This document shows positions 18,650 to 29,607 of a stretch of DNA of 64,000 nucleotides, in pieces. Where the stretch lies: sequence record MW883059. The stretch is one strand, 5' to 3'. Made by a program: the position numbers and the translations under genes. This DNA is from Escherichia phage vB_EcoM_SYGD1. A model generated the notes under the pieces. It did not search any database and was not told the origin of the DNA. It worked only from the letters and a program-made list of their open reading frames with translations. Positions within the stretch are counted from its first letter, which is position 1. Each line of letters begins with the position of its first letter.

Positions 18650-20746
18650 ATGATGGAACTTATTACAGAATTATTTGACGAAGATACTACTCTTCCGATT
18701 ACAAACTTAAATCCAAAGAAGAAAATACCGCAAATTTTTTCAGTTCATGTTGATGACGCAATTGAACAACCAGGCTTTCGTTTATGTACCTATACATCTG
18801 GAGGTGATACTAATCGCGATTTAAAAATGGGCGATAAAATGATGCATATTGTTCCTTTTACATTAACTGCTAAAGGTTCAATTGCTAAATTAAAAGGTCT
18901 CGGTCCAAGCCCAATTAATTACATCAATTCAGTTTTTACTGTTGCAATGCAGACGATGCGTCAGTATAAAATTGATGCATGTATGCTCCGTATTCTTAAG
19001 TCTAAAACTGCTGGTCAAGCTCGACAAATTCAAGTTATTGCTGATAGACTTATCCGTAGTCGTTCAGGTGGCAGATACGTCCTTCTTAAGGAACTCTGGG
19101 ATTACGATAAAAAGTATGCATATATTCTTATACATCGCAAAAATGTATCACTAGAAGACATTCCAGGAGTTCCGGAAATTAGTACAGAGCTCTTTACTAA
19201 AGTTGAATCGAAGGTCGGCGATGTTTATATCAATAAAGATACCGGAGCTCAAGTAACTAAAAATGAGGCAATTGCAGCATCTATTGCGCAAGAAAACGAT
19301 AAACGTTCTGACCAAGCTGTAATCGTTAAAGTTAAAATTTCCCGTAGAGCAATTGCACAAAGTCAGTCATTGGAATCTTCTAGATTTGAAAGTGAATTAT
19401 TCCAAAAGTATGAATCTACCGCAGCTAATTTCAATAAACCTGCTACCGCTCCTTTAATTCCCGAAGCGGAAGAAATGAAACTTGGAATTAATTCATTAGC
19501 TTCTAAAACCAAGGCAGCAAAAATTATTGCCGAAGGAACCGCAAATGAACTTCATTATGATTATAAATTCTTTTCAAAAAGTGAGGTTGATGAAGTTTCT
19601 GAAAAGATTAAAGATGTAATTCTTAATGCGATTAAAAATGAACCAACTACTTCAATAAAATGTTTAGAGAAATACGCAGCAGCCGTTAATCAACTCTTTG
19701 AAGAATATAAAGATAATTGGCTTGATAAACATAATAAAACTCGTAAAGGGCAGTCAGATGAAGTCTGGGAAGAAATAACTAAAAATTCCTGGAACGCAGC
19801 AAAAACTAAATTCCTCAAAAGAATGATTTATAGTTTTTCTGGAATTGGTGCAGGTCCAATGATTGATATTACTATTGCCCGTGATGGTTCTAAATATACT
19901 CCATCACAAAAGCGTGGCATTAGAGAGTATTGTGGTTCAGGATATACTGACATCAATAATCTTCTTTTAGGACGCTACAATCCAGAACGATATGATGTAA
20001 TGAGTGAAAAAGAAATTGAATCTGCTATAAATAACTTAGATTCAGCTTTTGAAAATGGTGACCGTATACCAGAAGGCATTACAGTTTATCGTGCTCAAAG
20101 TATGACTGCTCCTATATACGAAGCACTAGTTAAAAATAAAGTGTTCTATTTCAGAAATTTTGTATCTACTTCTTTAACTCCTATCATTTTTGGACGTTTT
20201 GGAATTACACATGCTGGTATCGGTCTTTTAGAACCAGAAGCTCGTAATGAATTAACAGTTGATAAAAATGAAGAAGGAATAACTATTAATCCAAACGAAA
20301 TAAGAGCGTATAAAGAAAATCCTGAATACGTTAAAGTTCAAATAGGATGGGCAATTGATGGAGCTCATAAAGTTAATGTTGTATATCCAGGAAGTCTCGG
20401 AATAGCAACTGAAGCTGAAGTTATTTTACCACGCGGATTGATGGTCAAAGTTAATAAAATAACTGATGCTTCTAATAATGACGGAACAACATCTAATAAT
20501 ACAAAACTCATTCAAGCTGAAGTTATGACTACGGAAGAACTCACCGAATCAGTAATTTATGACGGTGACCGTCTAATGGAAACTGGTGAAGTAGTTGCAA
20601 TGACAGATGATATTGAAATAGAAGACAGAGTTGACTTTGCATCATTTGTTTCATCAAATGTTAAACAGAAAGCAGAATCATCTCTCGGAATTATTGCGTC
20701 TTGCATAGATATTACAAACATGCCTTACAAGTTCGTTCAAGGATAA
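18650..20746 (+). CDS. alt: Alt ADP-ribosyltransferase (virion-packaged, modifies host RNA polymerase)
   Basis: 698 aa; MELITELFD... N-terminus; C-terminal ART-like YRAQ / STS / EAE elements. Confidence 0.9.
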   Translation: MMELITELFDEDTTLPITNLNPKKKIPQIFSVHVDDAIEQPGFRLCTYTSGGDTNRDLKMGDKMMHIVPFTLTAKGSIAKLKGLGPSPINYINSVFTVAMQTMRQYKIDACMLRILKSKTAGQARQIQVIADRLIRSRSGGRYVLLKELWDYDKKYAYILIHRKNVSLEDIPGVPEISTELFTKVESKVGDVYINKDTGAQVTKNEAIAASIAQENDKRSDQAVIVKVKISRRAIAQSQSLESSRFESELFQKYESTAANFNKPATAPLIPEAEEMKLGINSLASKTKAAKIIAEGTANELHYDYKFFSKSEVDEVSEKIKDVILNAIKNEPTTSIKCLEKYAAAVNQLFEEYKDNWLDKHNKTRKGQSDEVWEEITKNSWNAAKTKFLKRMIYSFSGIGAGPMIDITIARDGSKYTPSQKRGIREYCGSGYTDINNLLLGRYNPERYDVMSEKEIESAINNLDSAFENGDRIPEGITVYRAQSMTAPIYEALVKNKVFYFRNFVSTSLTPIIFGRFGITHAGIGLLEPEARNELTVDKNEEGITINPNEIRAYKENPEYVKVQIGWAIDGAHKVNVVYPGSLGIATEAEVILPRGLMVKVNKITDASNNDGTTSNNTKLIQAEVMTTEELTESVIYDGDRLMETGEVVAMTDDIEIEDRVDFASFVSSNVKQKAESSLGIIASCIDITNMPYKFVQG

Positions 20747-20749
20747 ATC

Positions 20750-21136
20750 ATGGAACTTATTACAGAATTATTTGACGGCGCTTCGGCGCCGGTTGTTAAC
20801 TTAAATCCTAAGCATAAAATACCTCAAATTTTTGCTATTCAAGCAGGTGAAGAAAGCGTGCTTCCTGGATTTAGATTTTGTACATACACCTCTGGCGGTG
20901 ATACAAATAAAAACGTTAAGCCAGGCGATAAAATGATGCATATCGTAATGATAGGTGTTAATGAGAAACTATCATTAGTTAAACTTAAAAACTTGGGTGG
21001 AAATCCAATTGGTGTCATTAATGCGGTTTTTGATACTGCTCTTCAAACAATGAAACAGTATAAAATCGACGCATGCCTATTACGCGTACTAAAAAGTTCA
21101 AAATGTAGTTTACAAGTCCCTCGTGTTGTGTTATAG
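20750..21136 (+). CDS. truncated paralogue of the Alt N-terminal region (128 aa)
   Basis: MELITELFDGASAPVVNLNPKHKIPQIF... aligns with Alt residues 2-125; last 9 codons are read from the duplicated promoter cassette. Confidence 0.6.
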   Translation: MELITELFDGASAPVVNLNPKHKIPQIFAIQAGEESVLPGFRFCTYTSGGDTNKNVKPGDKMMHIVMIGVNEKLSLVKLKNLGGNPIGVINAVFDTALQTMKQYKIDACLLRVLKSSKCSLQVPRVVL

Positions 21137-21158
21137 TAGATTTACTGACATAACATGA
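21105..21158 (+). promoter_or_regulatory. sigma70-type early promoter cassette, copy B (duplicate of 7504-7557)
   Basis: GTTTACAAGTCCCTCGTGTTGTGTTATAGTAGATTTACTGACATAACATGAGGA; one mismatch to copy A. Confidence 0.55.
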
Positions 21159-21168
21159 GGAACATAAA

Positions 21169-21459
21169 ATGAAATCTTCTTTGCGCTTTTTAGGTCAAGA
21201 ACTCGTAGTTGAAGGCGTTATTCCTGCTGATAACGCTTTTAATGAAGCTGTTTACGATGAATTTATCAAAATTTTTGGAACAGATAAAAAGTTCGGAATT
21301 TTTCCTTCTGAAAATTTTTCAAAGCCAGAACAGACTGAAAGCATTTTCCAAGGTGTAGTAACAGGTAAATTTGAGTCAGAAGCTCCGGTAAAAATTGAAG
21401 TTTATATTGAAGACAGTTTAGTTGCTTCAGTTGCTGCTTTTATTTCATTCCGTAAATAA
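21169..21459 (+). CDS. hypothetical protein
   Basis: 96-codon ORF with GAGGA RBS; last + strand gene before the convergent terminator. Confidence 0.55.
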   Translation: MKSSLRFLGQELVVEGVIPADNAFNEAVYDEFIKIFGTDKKFGIFPSENFSKPEQTESIFQGVVTGKFESEAPVKIEVYIEDSLVASVAAFISFRK

Positions 21460-21464
21460 AAATA

Positions 21465-21484
21465 TGGGGACCTTTCGGTCCCCA
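21465..21484. terminator. bidirectional terminator between the 21169 ORF (+) and gene 54 (-)
   Basis: TGGGGACC-TTTC-GGTCCCCA with T-rich flank on + strand. Confidence 0.65.
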
Positions 21485-21487
21485 TTG

Positions 21488-22453
21488 TTATATTGCTCCT
21501 AATATTTTACTTTGCGAATTGACAATTCCTGTCATAGTATTAATGTTTGAAATGCTTCCTGCAGTTCCTCCTAATCTACTAAGTCGTGAAAGCGAATTAG
21601 ATAGTCCAGTAACACCTCCGCTATTTCCGAGAACGCTTTGAATGCCATTTATAGTAGCAGATTCAAGCCACTCAAGCGCAGCTTGTCTATCAACCGCTCC
21701 AGCCTGCATGACTCTATACGCAAAAGTAACATCAAATGTAGTTATTTGGTTATCTCCATCGTATGATAACTCAGGAGCACTCACTGACACTGGAATGCAT
21801 CCGGTGAACATCACAGCAGTATGAGGTAATCCATTACGAGCATGAAGATTAACCTGAATGTCTGCCTCGACATCTTGTGGCAAAGCGCGTAATCCAGTTA
21901 CTGGGTCTTGAACAGCGTTAACCCAGTCTTGCATTGCACGATAATTACATGCTTCTGAATCCATCCTAAATGAAATAACCAAAGGGTCTAATTCTCTCCC
22001 AGTTATACGAATATTAGGAGAATTATAGTTCCAGTCAGTTTCATAGGATAATCTATTCTCTGGCATTTTTACAGAATATATCATCAATCCAGATGAGTTA
22101 TATGCCATGTTAAAGAAGTCAATTAAATATGTACCAACTGTAAATGAGCCTAATAAACTTTGAACTGTACGCTGACTCATGGCACCAATAAGATATTTAC
22201 TAACCCCTGATTTTCTTATCAGTTTTTGTGTGCCAGCAGTAATTAGCGTAGTAATTCCCTGATTAATATCGCCTTGAGTTAATCCTAACCAATCTGAATT
22301 TAGGCCCAAGTTATTATAAGAAAAGTTGCTAATTGAACTTATCAACGAAGAGCTTTTAGTTGATGGAGTTGTCGCAAAAACGCAGCTAAACATATTATTA
22401 CGCTGGAAATCTGCGTTTATTGCTTGATTATTAAATTCCTCTAAAGAATACAT
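21488..22453 (-). CDS. 54: baseplate tail tube initiator
   Basis: 321 aa MYSLEEFNNQAINADFQRNNMF...; position and size match T4 gp54. Confidence 0.85.
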   Translation of the reverse strand: MYSLEEFNNQAINADFQRNNMFSCVFATTPSTKSSSLISSISNFSYNNLGLNSDWLGLTQGDINQGITTLITAGTQKLIRKSGVSKYLIGAMSQRTVQSLLGSFTVGTYLIDFFNMAYNSSGLMIYSVKMPENRLSYETDWNYNSPNIRITGRELDPLVISFRMDSEACNYRAMQDWVNAVQDPVTGLRALPQDVEADIQVNLHARNGLPHTAVMFTGCIPVSVSAPELSYDGDNQITTFDVTFAYRVMQAGAVDRQAALEWLESATINGIQSVLGNSGGVTGLSNSLSRLSRLGGTAGSISNINTMTGIVNSQSKILGAI

Positions 22454-23547
22454 TAAAAAGTCCCCGCATATAAAGAAGCACGGTTTAACGTGATAATTTC
22501 TCTCATAGTAATCTCGAGAGTAAATGTACTAGGGAGGTTTGGAGCAATAGCTAATCCGTTAAAGTTACCATTAGGTGTTTTATCAAATCTAATGCTCTGT
22601 ATTTGGCATGGACCAAATATTTCCGTTTTTCCATCAAACTTAGATGTTGCGCCAAAGTTTTTCACCATCCAAATTGTCGGGTTTGAAACTACTAGAACGT
22701 TAGTTAAGCTCGATGTCATTTTCTCAAATAGTGTTTTATTTTTAGCTGCGTCTTCCGGAGATAAAGGTTCAATTAACGTAGAACGATACCAATCATCTAA
22801 ATACCCCTTTATTTCAGCAGCATATTGAGATTTACCCGTTTCACCATAAGAAAAATAGTTAAAATATTGATAGATATTAATAATAGCCATTAAATCTTCT
22901 GTGGAACGTGGAGTCAAATCCCATGTAAACACTTTAGTTCTATTCTCAGCGCCACCATACATACTTCTGGCTGTCGTATAAATCTGTTCATTATTATCAG
23001 CCATTATACCTTGTGTTATACTTTCCAGTGCCCCAAATACTGCGGTTGAAGCAATATTACTTAGCACACCAGTAGCAGTACCTCCGCCTCTGCTGATAAG
23101 ACTTTCTTGAACATCATTAAATCTATGTGATGATGTATCAACATCAGATTTAGATCTTGGTAAAAGAATATTTGCAACAGGGGCTTTACTTATTGTTCCT
23201 GAATTATTATCTGATATTAATCCATTTGACAGTTTTGATACTGTATTACTGATAGTGTTTCTGGCTGTACGTAAAATACTCGAAGATGAAGAAGAGTAGT
23301 TAGATCTCATCGATCTAAGACTTCCAGAATCCCTAGATGACATATTGTATGCAGTAAATAATAATCCATTCTTATATAGATCTGTTACCTGGAAGTCCCC
23401 TGTAGTGTCATTACCACTAGCACGCCCAGTTGGAAACTGGGCAGTGTATGTTTTAGTTACTACTTCTGATTTAGTACTCTGTCCGGCTGAAATTTTCTCA
23501 CCGGACTTTTTAATTAAATCAGCAGTTATTTCTTTAACAATTGCCAT
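22453..23547 (-). CDS. 48: baseplate tail tube cap
   Basis: 364 aa; overlapping stop/start with neighbours; matches T4 gp48 size. Confidence 0.85.
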   Translation of the reverse strand: MAIVKEITADLIKKSGEKISAGQSTKSEVVTKTYTAQFPTGRASGNDTTGDFQVTDLYKNGLLFTAYNMSSRDSGSLRSMRSNYSSSSSSILRTARNTISNTVSKLSNGLISDNNSGTISKAPVANILLPRSKSDVDTSSHRFNDVQESLISRGGGTATGVLSNIASTAVFGALESITQGIMADNNEQIYTTARSMYGGAENRTKVFTWDLTPRSTEDLMAIINIYQYFNYFSYGETGKSQYAAEIKGYLDDWYRSTLIEPLSPEDAAKNKTLFEKMTSSLTNVLVVSNPTIWMVKNFGATSKFDGKTEIFGPCQIQSIRFDKTPNGNFNGLAIAPNLPSTFTLEITMREIITLNRASLYAGTF

Positions 23548-23555
23548 ATTATTCC

Positions 23556-25328
23556 TTAATTAACTCCAGTCGCATCAAATACACCAGGAGCAGTCGTGCT
23601 CGTTACGGGTGTCATATTATGAACGACAGTATTTTTCTTAACAACATTATTAGTATTATTGATCGAAGGAGATGCTTGTTGAACAGGAGCTTGCTGTGCT
23701 TTGTTCTTTTCTATTACCTGGACTTGTTTTGCTTCTGGCGATTTAGCAGAAGTTTGAGGTTTGGCATTAGGCTGATTTTTCTTGAGCTCTTGATAAGTAG
23801 CATCAATTTTAGAAAATCTAGCAGCAAGTTCTTTTTTAACTGCCGGTGAATTATTTAAATCCGGGTCATCCATCCGTTTTTTAAGGTCTTCATAGGCAGC
23901 TTCAACTGATTTAACTGTTGAGTCTTTACTCATATCAGCTGAATTAGCATATTCATCAAAACGATTCATAGCAGCACGAGCTTCATTAGCTTTCATTAAA
24001 GCAATTTTAGCTTCCTCCGGAGAAAGTTGCTTTAATTTTTCTTCTTCCTCTGCTCTCTCTTCACCAGTCGTTAGTGCTTCTTTATTATCAACACCACGAA
24101 TCCAGTTAGATGCACGAGTTTTCCAGTTCGCAATTTTGTCGAGTCCTTTTGCTATCGGACCAAGTTCTCCATTCATTCTTTTATATTGATAATTTGCAAC
24201 TTTTTCTTGGTCTTCTTTGTTAAGAGAAGCATTTGTAGTATTTTGAAAATTTTCTAGTGCTCTTCCTTCGACTTCATCAGCGGTATCCTTCATGCCAGGA
24301 ATGACTCGAAGAATTGCAGCAGATAATTTAGCCATTCCAAGTTGAATAAGTTCTCCTAAATTAAAAAGAACCTTTCCAAGCCCTTCTACAATAGCTGCTG
24401 TCAATCCGCCCCAATCTCCAGCTTCCCACAGCTTCTTAATTTTATCAATAGAACCAAAGATGCTTTGTAATAAAGGACCCCATGTTCCGGTTTCGCTAGA
24501 GAATTTAGTAAAGTCTGTACTAAACAAATCCCAAGCCTGCGAAAATTTATCTGACCAATATTTAAAGTGAACCATCAGCAGATCTATTCCAACAACAACA
24601 GCCAATATCATTGCAGTCATTTTAGCAGCTTCAATAGCAGCACTGACGGTATACTTAAATAACATGCTTGATATTTTATCAGTAATTGAAATGGATTTCT
24701 TAAATCCAAAATCAACAGTCTTTGTTAATTTATCTAAAGCTTGAGATAATTTTAAGTTAAATGCGTCTTTTTTCTGTTTTTCTTCTGGCGATTCTTGTTT
24801 GGGCTCAACTGGCTGAGGGGTAGGGAAAAAATCAGCATCAGGATCATTATTAACTGCTTCAGGAGCTGGTAATAAAGGACCCACAGATTCAGCTGTATCG
24901 TCCTCAACAACTTTAACAGGAATAGCGCTTTCAACTGTGGCTAAACTAGTTCCTGTTTGTTGAATTCCGGCTGTCTGAATTTTTTGCTCTAGTAAACTTG
25001 TTAATTTATCTAATTTGCTCCCGAGTGATTCACCGATTTCTTTATTAATATTATTGCCAATTTCAACAGTTTCAGCAATTAACTCAGAACCAGCGGTAGT
25101 ATCACTCACTGCGCTTTCTACGTTGTCAATTGCTCCAATTATTTCATTCGATTTTTCTTCGACAGTTTGAGCAATTAATTCAGAAGCAGCTTGAGCATCA
25201 TCCAATTTCGTAGATATATCGTTAAGTCCAGATAAAGTATTAGAAGCGGATTTAGCCGCTTCCTGTGTCGGTTTATTATCTGAAATAACTTTTCTACGCA
25301 TCGTTTGCATTTCTTGTGGCTTTTTCAT
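23556..25328 (-). CDS. 29: tail length tape measure / baseplate hub protein
   Basis: 590 aa, alpha-helical Ala/Glu/Lys-rich; matches T4 gp29 size. Confidence 0.85.
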   Translation of the reverse strand: MKKPQEMQTMRRKVISDNKPTQEAAKSASNTLSGLNDISTKLDDAQAASELIAQTVEEKSNEIIGAIDNVESAVSDTTAGSELIAETVEIGNNINKEIGESLGSKLDKLTSLLEQKIQTAGIQQTGTSLATVESAIPVKVVEDDTAESVGPLLPAPEAVNNDPDADFFPTPQPVEPKQESPEEKQKKDAFNLKLSQALDKLTKTVDFGFKKSISITDKISSMLFKYTVSAAIEAAKMTAMILAVVVGIDLLMVHFKYWSDKFSQAWDLFSTDFTKFSSETGTWGPLLQSIFGSIDKIKKLWEAGDWGGLTAAIVEGLGKVLFNLGELIQLGMAKLSAAILRVIPGMKDTADEVEGRALENFQNTTNASLNKEDQEKVANYQYKRMNGELGPIAKGLDKIANWKTRASNWIRGVDNKEALTTGEERAEEEEKLKQLSPEEAKIALMKANEARAAMNRFDEYANSADMSKDSTVKSVEAAYEDLKKRMDDPDLNNSPAVKKELAARFSKIDATYQELKKNQPNAKPQTSAKSPEAKQVQVIEKNKAQQAPVQQASPSINNTNNVVKKNTVVHNMTPVTSTTAPGVFDATGVN

Positions 25329-25858
25329 TCAAATAATCCAATAATATTGCCAATTCCGGTTATTGGACCATTAGGGCCAGGAATTGCTAAAGTTGTAAAA
25401 ATATCATTTGCCCATTTTAAAACGAATGCTGGCATCTCAAGAAAATTAATTTCTTTAACTTCATCATTGACCTTAAGCAAGCATTTGGATAACATATCGC
25501 TCACAGTTAAAAATTGTTCAAATTTTCCAGGCGGTCTAAAATAAAATGTATTTCCTTGGTATTGAAATTCCAATCTTTGGCATACATAAACATCATTAAT
25601 GTCATAAGTATAACCATCTATTTCTTTACGAGATTTAATCTTTCCATTAAATTCCAATAAATGAATAGAAACGAAATCAACTTCTGCCGGTGATAAATTT
25701 GGACAAATAGAATCGATCAAAAGTTTTAAATTTTCATCAGGACCTTTAACATCTTTTAAAATGTTATAATGTTTAAGACCCATTTTAGGAATAGAAACTT
25801 CTTTATTGCTTATTGGAAGAACTACTTTCTTCAGTGGTAGTATCAGATTTAAATTCAT
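25325..25858 (-). CDS. 28: baseplate hub distal subunit
   Basis: 177 aa; position between 27 and 29. Confidence 0.8.
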   Translation of the reverse strand: MNLNLILPLKKVVLPISNKEVSIPKMGLKHYNILKDVKGPDENLKLLIDSICPNLSPAEVDFVSIHLLEFNGKIKSRKEIDGYTYDINDVYVCQRLEFQYQGNTFYFRPPGKFEQFLTVSDMLSKCLLKVNDEVKEINFLEMPAFVLKWANDIFTTLAIPGPNGPITGIGNIIGLFE

Positions 25859-26978
25859 TTTTAACCTTAACTGGGTCTATTGTTTCCAGTTTCGTTGCAT
25901 TAGTGAACATATATAGATGAGTTATTGAATTATTATTGGATAATTCATGGATGACTTCATCAACGTAAAATTCTGTTTTAAATTGGTTTTTACTATCATT
26001 AAAAATAATTTTAACGCCAGGTGTCAAGTTAAAATTACCGACAGTAGAACATTTAGCATAGCCATCGTATTGCGCCATAGTTTGAAGACGAATAGCTTCT
26101 TCATATCCATTCCTATAAGTCATTTCAGAATAAGCACCTGACCTTGACACTACAATAGAGTTTTCGCCCTTTCCTGTAGTAATCATTGGCAATGAAGAAT
26201 CCAAAAACGAATGCGCATAGATAGTAGCGTTTTTCATTGGGTCACGTTTGTGAGGATTCGATTTAGTCAACCAAACGAAATCATATGCTAATGGATATTT
26301 TAATTCTTGGATGAATTGACCTATTAAAGATGGCTCACCGACAATCATTGGATATGGTTCTTGATTTATCATCATATCATAGTCCATCATGTTAACTCCC
26401 ATGATGTCTTGCCATACAAATACAAATTTGTCACTTCCTACAGCTAGAGCAACTTCTCTGACATATGACAAATAGTTTTCAAATGTACTAGTCCATGGAA
26501 TATCAGGAACATAAGCATTTATTGCATTTATTGCTGGAGTTAATAGCGTGCGGTCTTGATAAATGACACCAAGCATTTCCTTTATAGATTCACCTGCATC
26601 AGGAAAAAACGGTCTGCCAAATTTAAGATTTTCTATAGAATGAATAGTTCCCAATTCAATAGCAATGATGTTATCACCCTTTGAATCTACTGACACAGAA
26701 AAATGCTTACATCCATAAATTCTTGTTTTAACATTATTAATATCGTTTGCATTAGCTACAGAAATCTGAATTATTTCATTTCCATCCATTTTTGTATGGA
26801 TGTTTTTAGAATCATAAAACTGCAGCATTCCTTCATTTCGGCCATAAAGAGAATCCCGCATAGTTAATGTGGTAATAGTAGCAGCTAATTCAACAAATCT
26901 ATTATTACTCCAAGCGTCGTAGCTATCAAACAATTTAACGCTGAGATTTGGATATCCTGGGCGTTGCAACATACTCAT
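25803..26978 (-). CDS. 27: baseplate hub subunit
   Basis: 391 aa; 3' end overlaps the start of gene 28 by 56 nt. Confidence 0.85.
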   Translation of the reverse strand: MSMLQRPGYPNLSVKLFDSYDAWSNNRFVELAATITTLTMRDSLYGRNEGMLQFYDSKNIHTKMDGNEIIQISVANANDINNVKTRIYGCKHFSVSVDSKGDNIIAIELGTIHSIENLKFGRPFFPDAGESIKEMLGVIYQDRTLLTPAINAINAYVPDIPWTSTFENYLSYVREVALAVGSDKFVFVWQDIMGVNMMDYDMMINQEPYPMIVGEPSLIGQFIQELKYPLAYDFVWLTKSNPHKRDPMKNATIYAHSFLDSSLPMITTGKGENSIVVSRSGAYSEMTYRNGYEEAIRLQTMAQYDGYAKCSTVGNFNLTPGVKIIFNDSKNQFKTEFYVDEVIHELSNNNSITHLYMFTNATKLETIDPVKVKNEFKSDTTTEESSSSNKQ

Positions 26979-27727
26979 TATTGTTTATCCTTCTCAATCA
27001 GTTTTAATACGAATCCGCGCTCGGCAGGAATCATTTTCATTATTGAATTTAAGCTATAATTACTTTTTACGAGTGTGTGATTAATTTGATAAAAAGTAAA
27101 TATTTCATCTGGGTTAACTAATAGCTTAAACACATCTACTATATCAGTGTATTTTTTTACATACTTATCACAGCAGGACATATGTAGCGTTAAATTAATA
27201 GGATTCATTGCATCGAGAATTTTTTCTAATGTTTCTATCTCGATGGCATCAACAAGTTCTATTTGGCTTGATTCACTAATTTCCTTCCAATCATACCATG
27301 TTTCATCTACTTGAACAGAATGAATATTTTCAGTAATCATCTTTGCTTTATTTTCATAAAACTCAGAAGGAAACTTTAATTTAATTTTAACATTAGCTAC
27401 ATCAAAAACAGGTTCCTTTAGTTCTTTTTGATATATTTCAAATGGAACTGTCTTTTCTTTTTTACATTTTGGACATACAAATGTGACCGGTACTTTAGTT
27501 TTACCTATTGACCCTACAAATACCTGTAAAAATATAAATGGTTGCCAAGTCTTCGGATAGTCTCCAAAATAATCGGCAATTAAATCAGCAATTATTTCTT
27601 TTTGTTCTTGTGGTGACCGATGTTCTATATCGTTTCGAACTAACAAAAAATCTCGATAATCTTCTACCGTAAATGGTTTAAAACGATGAACACCATCTGG
27701 TAATTTACAACGAATAATGTTTGCCAT
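26978..27727 (-). CDS. 51: baseplate hub assembly catalyst
   Basis: 249 aa with Cys cluster CPKCKKEK. Confidence 0.8.
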   Translation of the reverse strand: MANIIRCKLPDGVHRFKPFTVEDYRDFLLVRNDIEHRSPQEQKEIIADLIADYFGDYPKTWQPFIFLQVFVGSIGKTKVPVTFVCPKCKKEKTVPFEIYQKELKEPVFDVANVKIKLKFPSEFYENKAKMITENIHSVQVDETWYDWKEISESSQIELVDAIEIETLEKILDAMNPINLTLHMSCCDKYVKKYTDIVDVFKLLVNPDEIFTFYQINHTLVKSNYSLNSIMKMIPAERGFVLKLIEKDKQ

Positions 27728-27744
27728 AGATGCTCCTTTTATTC

Positions 27745-27756
27745 TATTTATAAATA
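27745..27756. promoter_or_regulatory. palindromic divergent late promoter (TATTTATAAATA) for genes 51 and 26
   Basis: 12-bp perfect palindrome giving TATAAATA on both strands in the 50-bp gap between 51 (-) and 26 (+). Confidence 0.55.
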
Positions 27757-27777
27757 TGATAAATAAAGGAGCTAAAT

Positions 27778-28404
27778 ATGTATGAATACAAATTTGACGT
27801 GAGAGTTGGTTCTAAAATAATCAACTGTCGTGCATTTACTCTTAAAGAATATCTAGAACTTATTACTGCTAAAAAGAACGGTTCAGTCGAAGAAATTGTT
27901 AAAAAGCTAATTAAAGACTGTACAAACGCAAAAGATTTAAACCGCCAAGAATCAGAACTATTGTTGATTCATTTATGGGCGCATTCTCTTGGAGAAGTTA
28001 ATCATGAAAACTCCTGGAAGTGCACCTGTGGAACTGAAATACCAACCCATATAAATCTATTACATACACAAATAGATGCACCAGAAGACCTCTGGTATAC
28101 ACTGGGTGACATTAAAATTAAGTTCCATTACCCTAAAATTTTTGATGATAAAAATATAGCCCACATGATAGTATCGTGTATAGAAACGATTCATGCTAAC
28201 GGGGAAAGCATTCCAATTGAAGACTTAAATGAAAAAGAGTTGGAAGATTTATATTCTATCATCACAGAGTCAGATATTGTAGCTATAAAAGATATGCTTT
28301 TAAAGCCTACTGTTTATTTGGCTGTTCCAATTAAGTGTCCAGAGTGTGGAAAAACTCACGCTCATGTAATAAGAGGACTCAAAGAATTCTTTGAGCTATT
28401 GTAA
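27778..28404 (+). CDS. 26: baseplate hub subunit
   Basis: 208 aa; C-terminal Cys pair CPECGKTH. Confidence 0.8.
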   Translation: MYEYKFDVRVGSKIINCRAFTLKEYLELITAKKNGSVEEIVKKLIKDCTNAKDLNRQESELLLIHLWAHSLGEVNHENSWKCTCGTEIPTHINLLHTQIDAPEDLWYTLGDIKIKFHYPKIFDDKNIAHMIVSCIETIHANGESIPIEDLNEKELEDLYSIITESDIVAIKDMLLKPTVYLAVPIKCPECGKTHAHVIRGLKEFFELL

Positions 28405-28802
28405 TGGCAAATATTAATAAGCTTTATTCTGACATTGACCCAGAAATGAAAATGGATTGGGACAAAGATGTTTCTAGATCTCTTGGATTAAGGTCAATTA
28501 AAAATAGCCTTTTGGGAATTATCACAACCAGAAAAGGGTCGAGACCGTTTGACCCAGAATTTGGATGCGATTTATCTGATCAACTTTTTGAGAATATGAC
28601 TCCTCTTACTGCTGATACAGTTGAGCGTAACATCGAAAGCGCAGTAAGAAACTACGAGCCGCGTATTGATAAATTAGCAGTTAATGTAATACCAGTTTAT
28701 GATGATTATACTCTGATAGTAGAAATACGCTTTTCGGTCATCGATAACCCTGATGATATTGAGCAGATAAAACTGCAACTGGCTTCCAGTAATAGAGTAT
28801 AA
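28404..28802 (+). CDS. 25: baseplate wedge / sheath initiator subunit
   Basis: 132 aa [23 protein letters not shown]... Confidence 0.85.
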   Translation: MANINKLYSDIDPEMKMDWDKDVSRSLGLRSIKNSLLGIITTRKGSRPFDPEFGCDLSDQLFENMTPLTADTVERNIESAVRNYEPRIDKLAVNVIPVYDDYTLIVEIRFSVIDNPDDIEQIKLQLASSNRV

Positions 28803-28828
28803 TGCTTCACGTATAAACGTGGTATAAT
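28802..28828 (+). promoter_or_regulatory. candidate MotA-dependent middle promoter for uvsY
   Basis: ATGCTTCA (MotA-box-like), 13 nt, TATAAT; 40 nt upstream of uvsY ATG. Confidence 0.45.
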
Positions 28829-28868
28829 GGATCTAAGTCCATCCAATAACAATTGAATAGAGAACAAT

Positions 28869-29282
28869 ATGAAATTAGAAGATCTTCAAGAAGAATTGAA
28901 GAAAGATGTGTTTATAGATTCGACTAAATTACAGTATGAAGCAGCTAATAATGTGATGTTATATAGTAAATGGCTTAATAAGCATTCAAGTATTAAAAAG
29001 GAAATGCTTAGAATTGAAGCGCAGAAAAAAGTTGCTCTTAAAGCTAAATTAGACTACTACTCGGGACGAGGAGATGGTGATGAATTTAGTATGGATCGTT
29101 ATGAAAAATCAGAAATGAAGACAGTTCTATCAGCTGATAAGGACGTTTTAAAAGTTGATACTTCATTACAATATTGGGGAATTTTATTGGATTTCTGTAG
29201 CGGAGCTCTTGATGCTATTAAATCACGTGGATTTGCTATTAAGCATATTCAAGACATGCGAGCATTTGAGGCTGGAAAATAA
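28869..29282 (+). CDS. uvsY: recombination mediator protein UvsY
   Basis: 137 aa MKLEDLQEELKKDVFIDSTKLQYEAANNVMLYSKWLN... Confidence 0.9.
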   Translation: MKLEDLQEELKKDVFIDSTKLQYEAANNVMLYSKWLNKHSSIKKEMLRIEAQKKVALKAKLDYYSGRGDGDEFSMDRYEKSEMKTVLSADKDVLKVDTSLQYWGILLDFCSGALDAIKSRGFAIKHIQDMRAFEAGK

Positions 29283-29509
29283 TGAAATATAGCATTGATG
29301 ATGCTTTTAATTATGAAGAAGAATTCGAAACGGAAATTCAATTCTTAATGAAAAAGTATAATTTCAAGCGTCAGGATATTCGTATCCTGGCCGACCACCC
29401 ATGCGGTGAAGATGTACTTTATATTAAAGGAAAATTTGCCGGATATCTTGATGAATATTTTTATTCTAAAGATATGGGCATTGATATGCATATGAGAGAT
29501 ATGGGGTAA
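29282..29509 (+). CDS. hypothetical protein (uvsY.-1 position)
   Basis: 75-codon ORF overlapping uvsY stop. Confidence 0.55.
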   Translation: MKYSIDDAFNYEEEFETEIQFLMKKYNFKRQDIRILADHPCGEDVLYIKGKFAGYLDEYFYSKDMGIDMHMRDMG

Positions 29510-29599
29510 ATATGACAAATTATAAAGAAGTATTTAGACTTTTAGCAGAAATGGAAGCATGTTTAAAGCGTGTGCAAGAAATGCGCTTTAAGATGGGGT

Positions 29600-29607
29600 T
29601 ATAAATA
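29600..29607 (+). promoter_or_regulatory. late promoter motif TATAAATA
   Basis: Exact octamer 25 nt upstream of the ATG at 29633. Confidence 0.4.
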
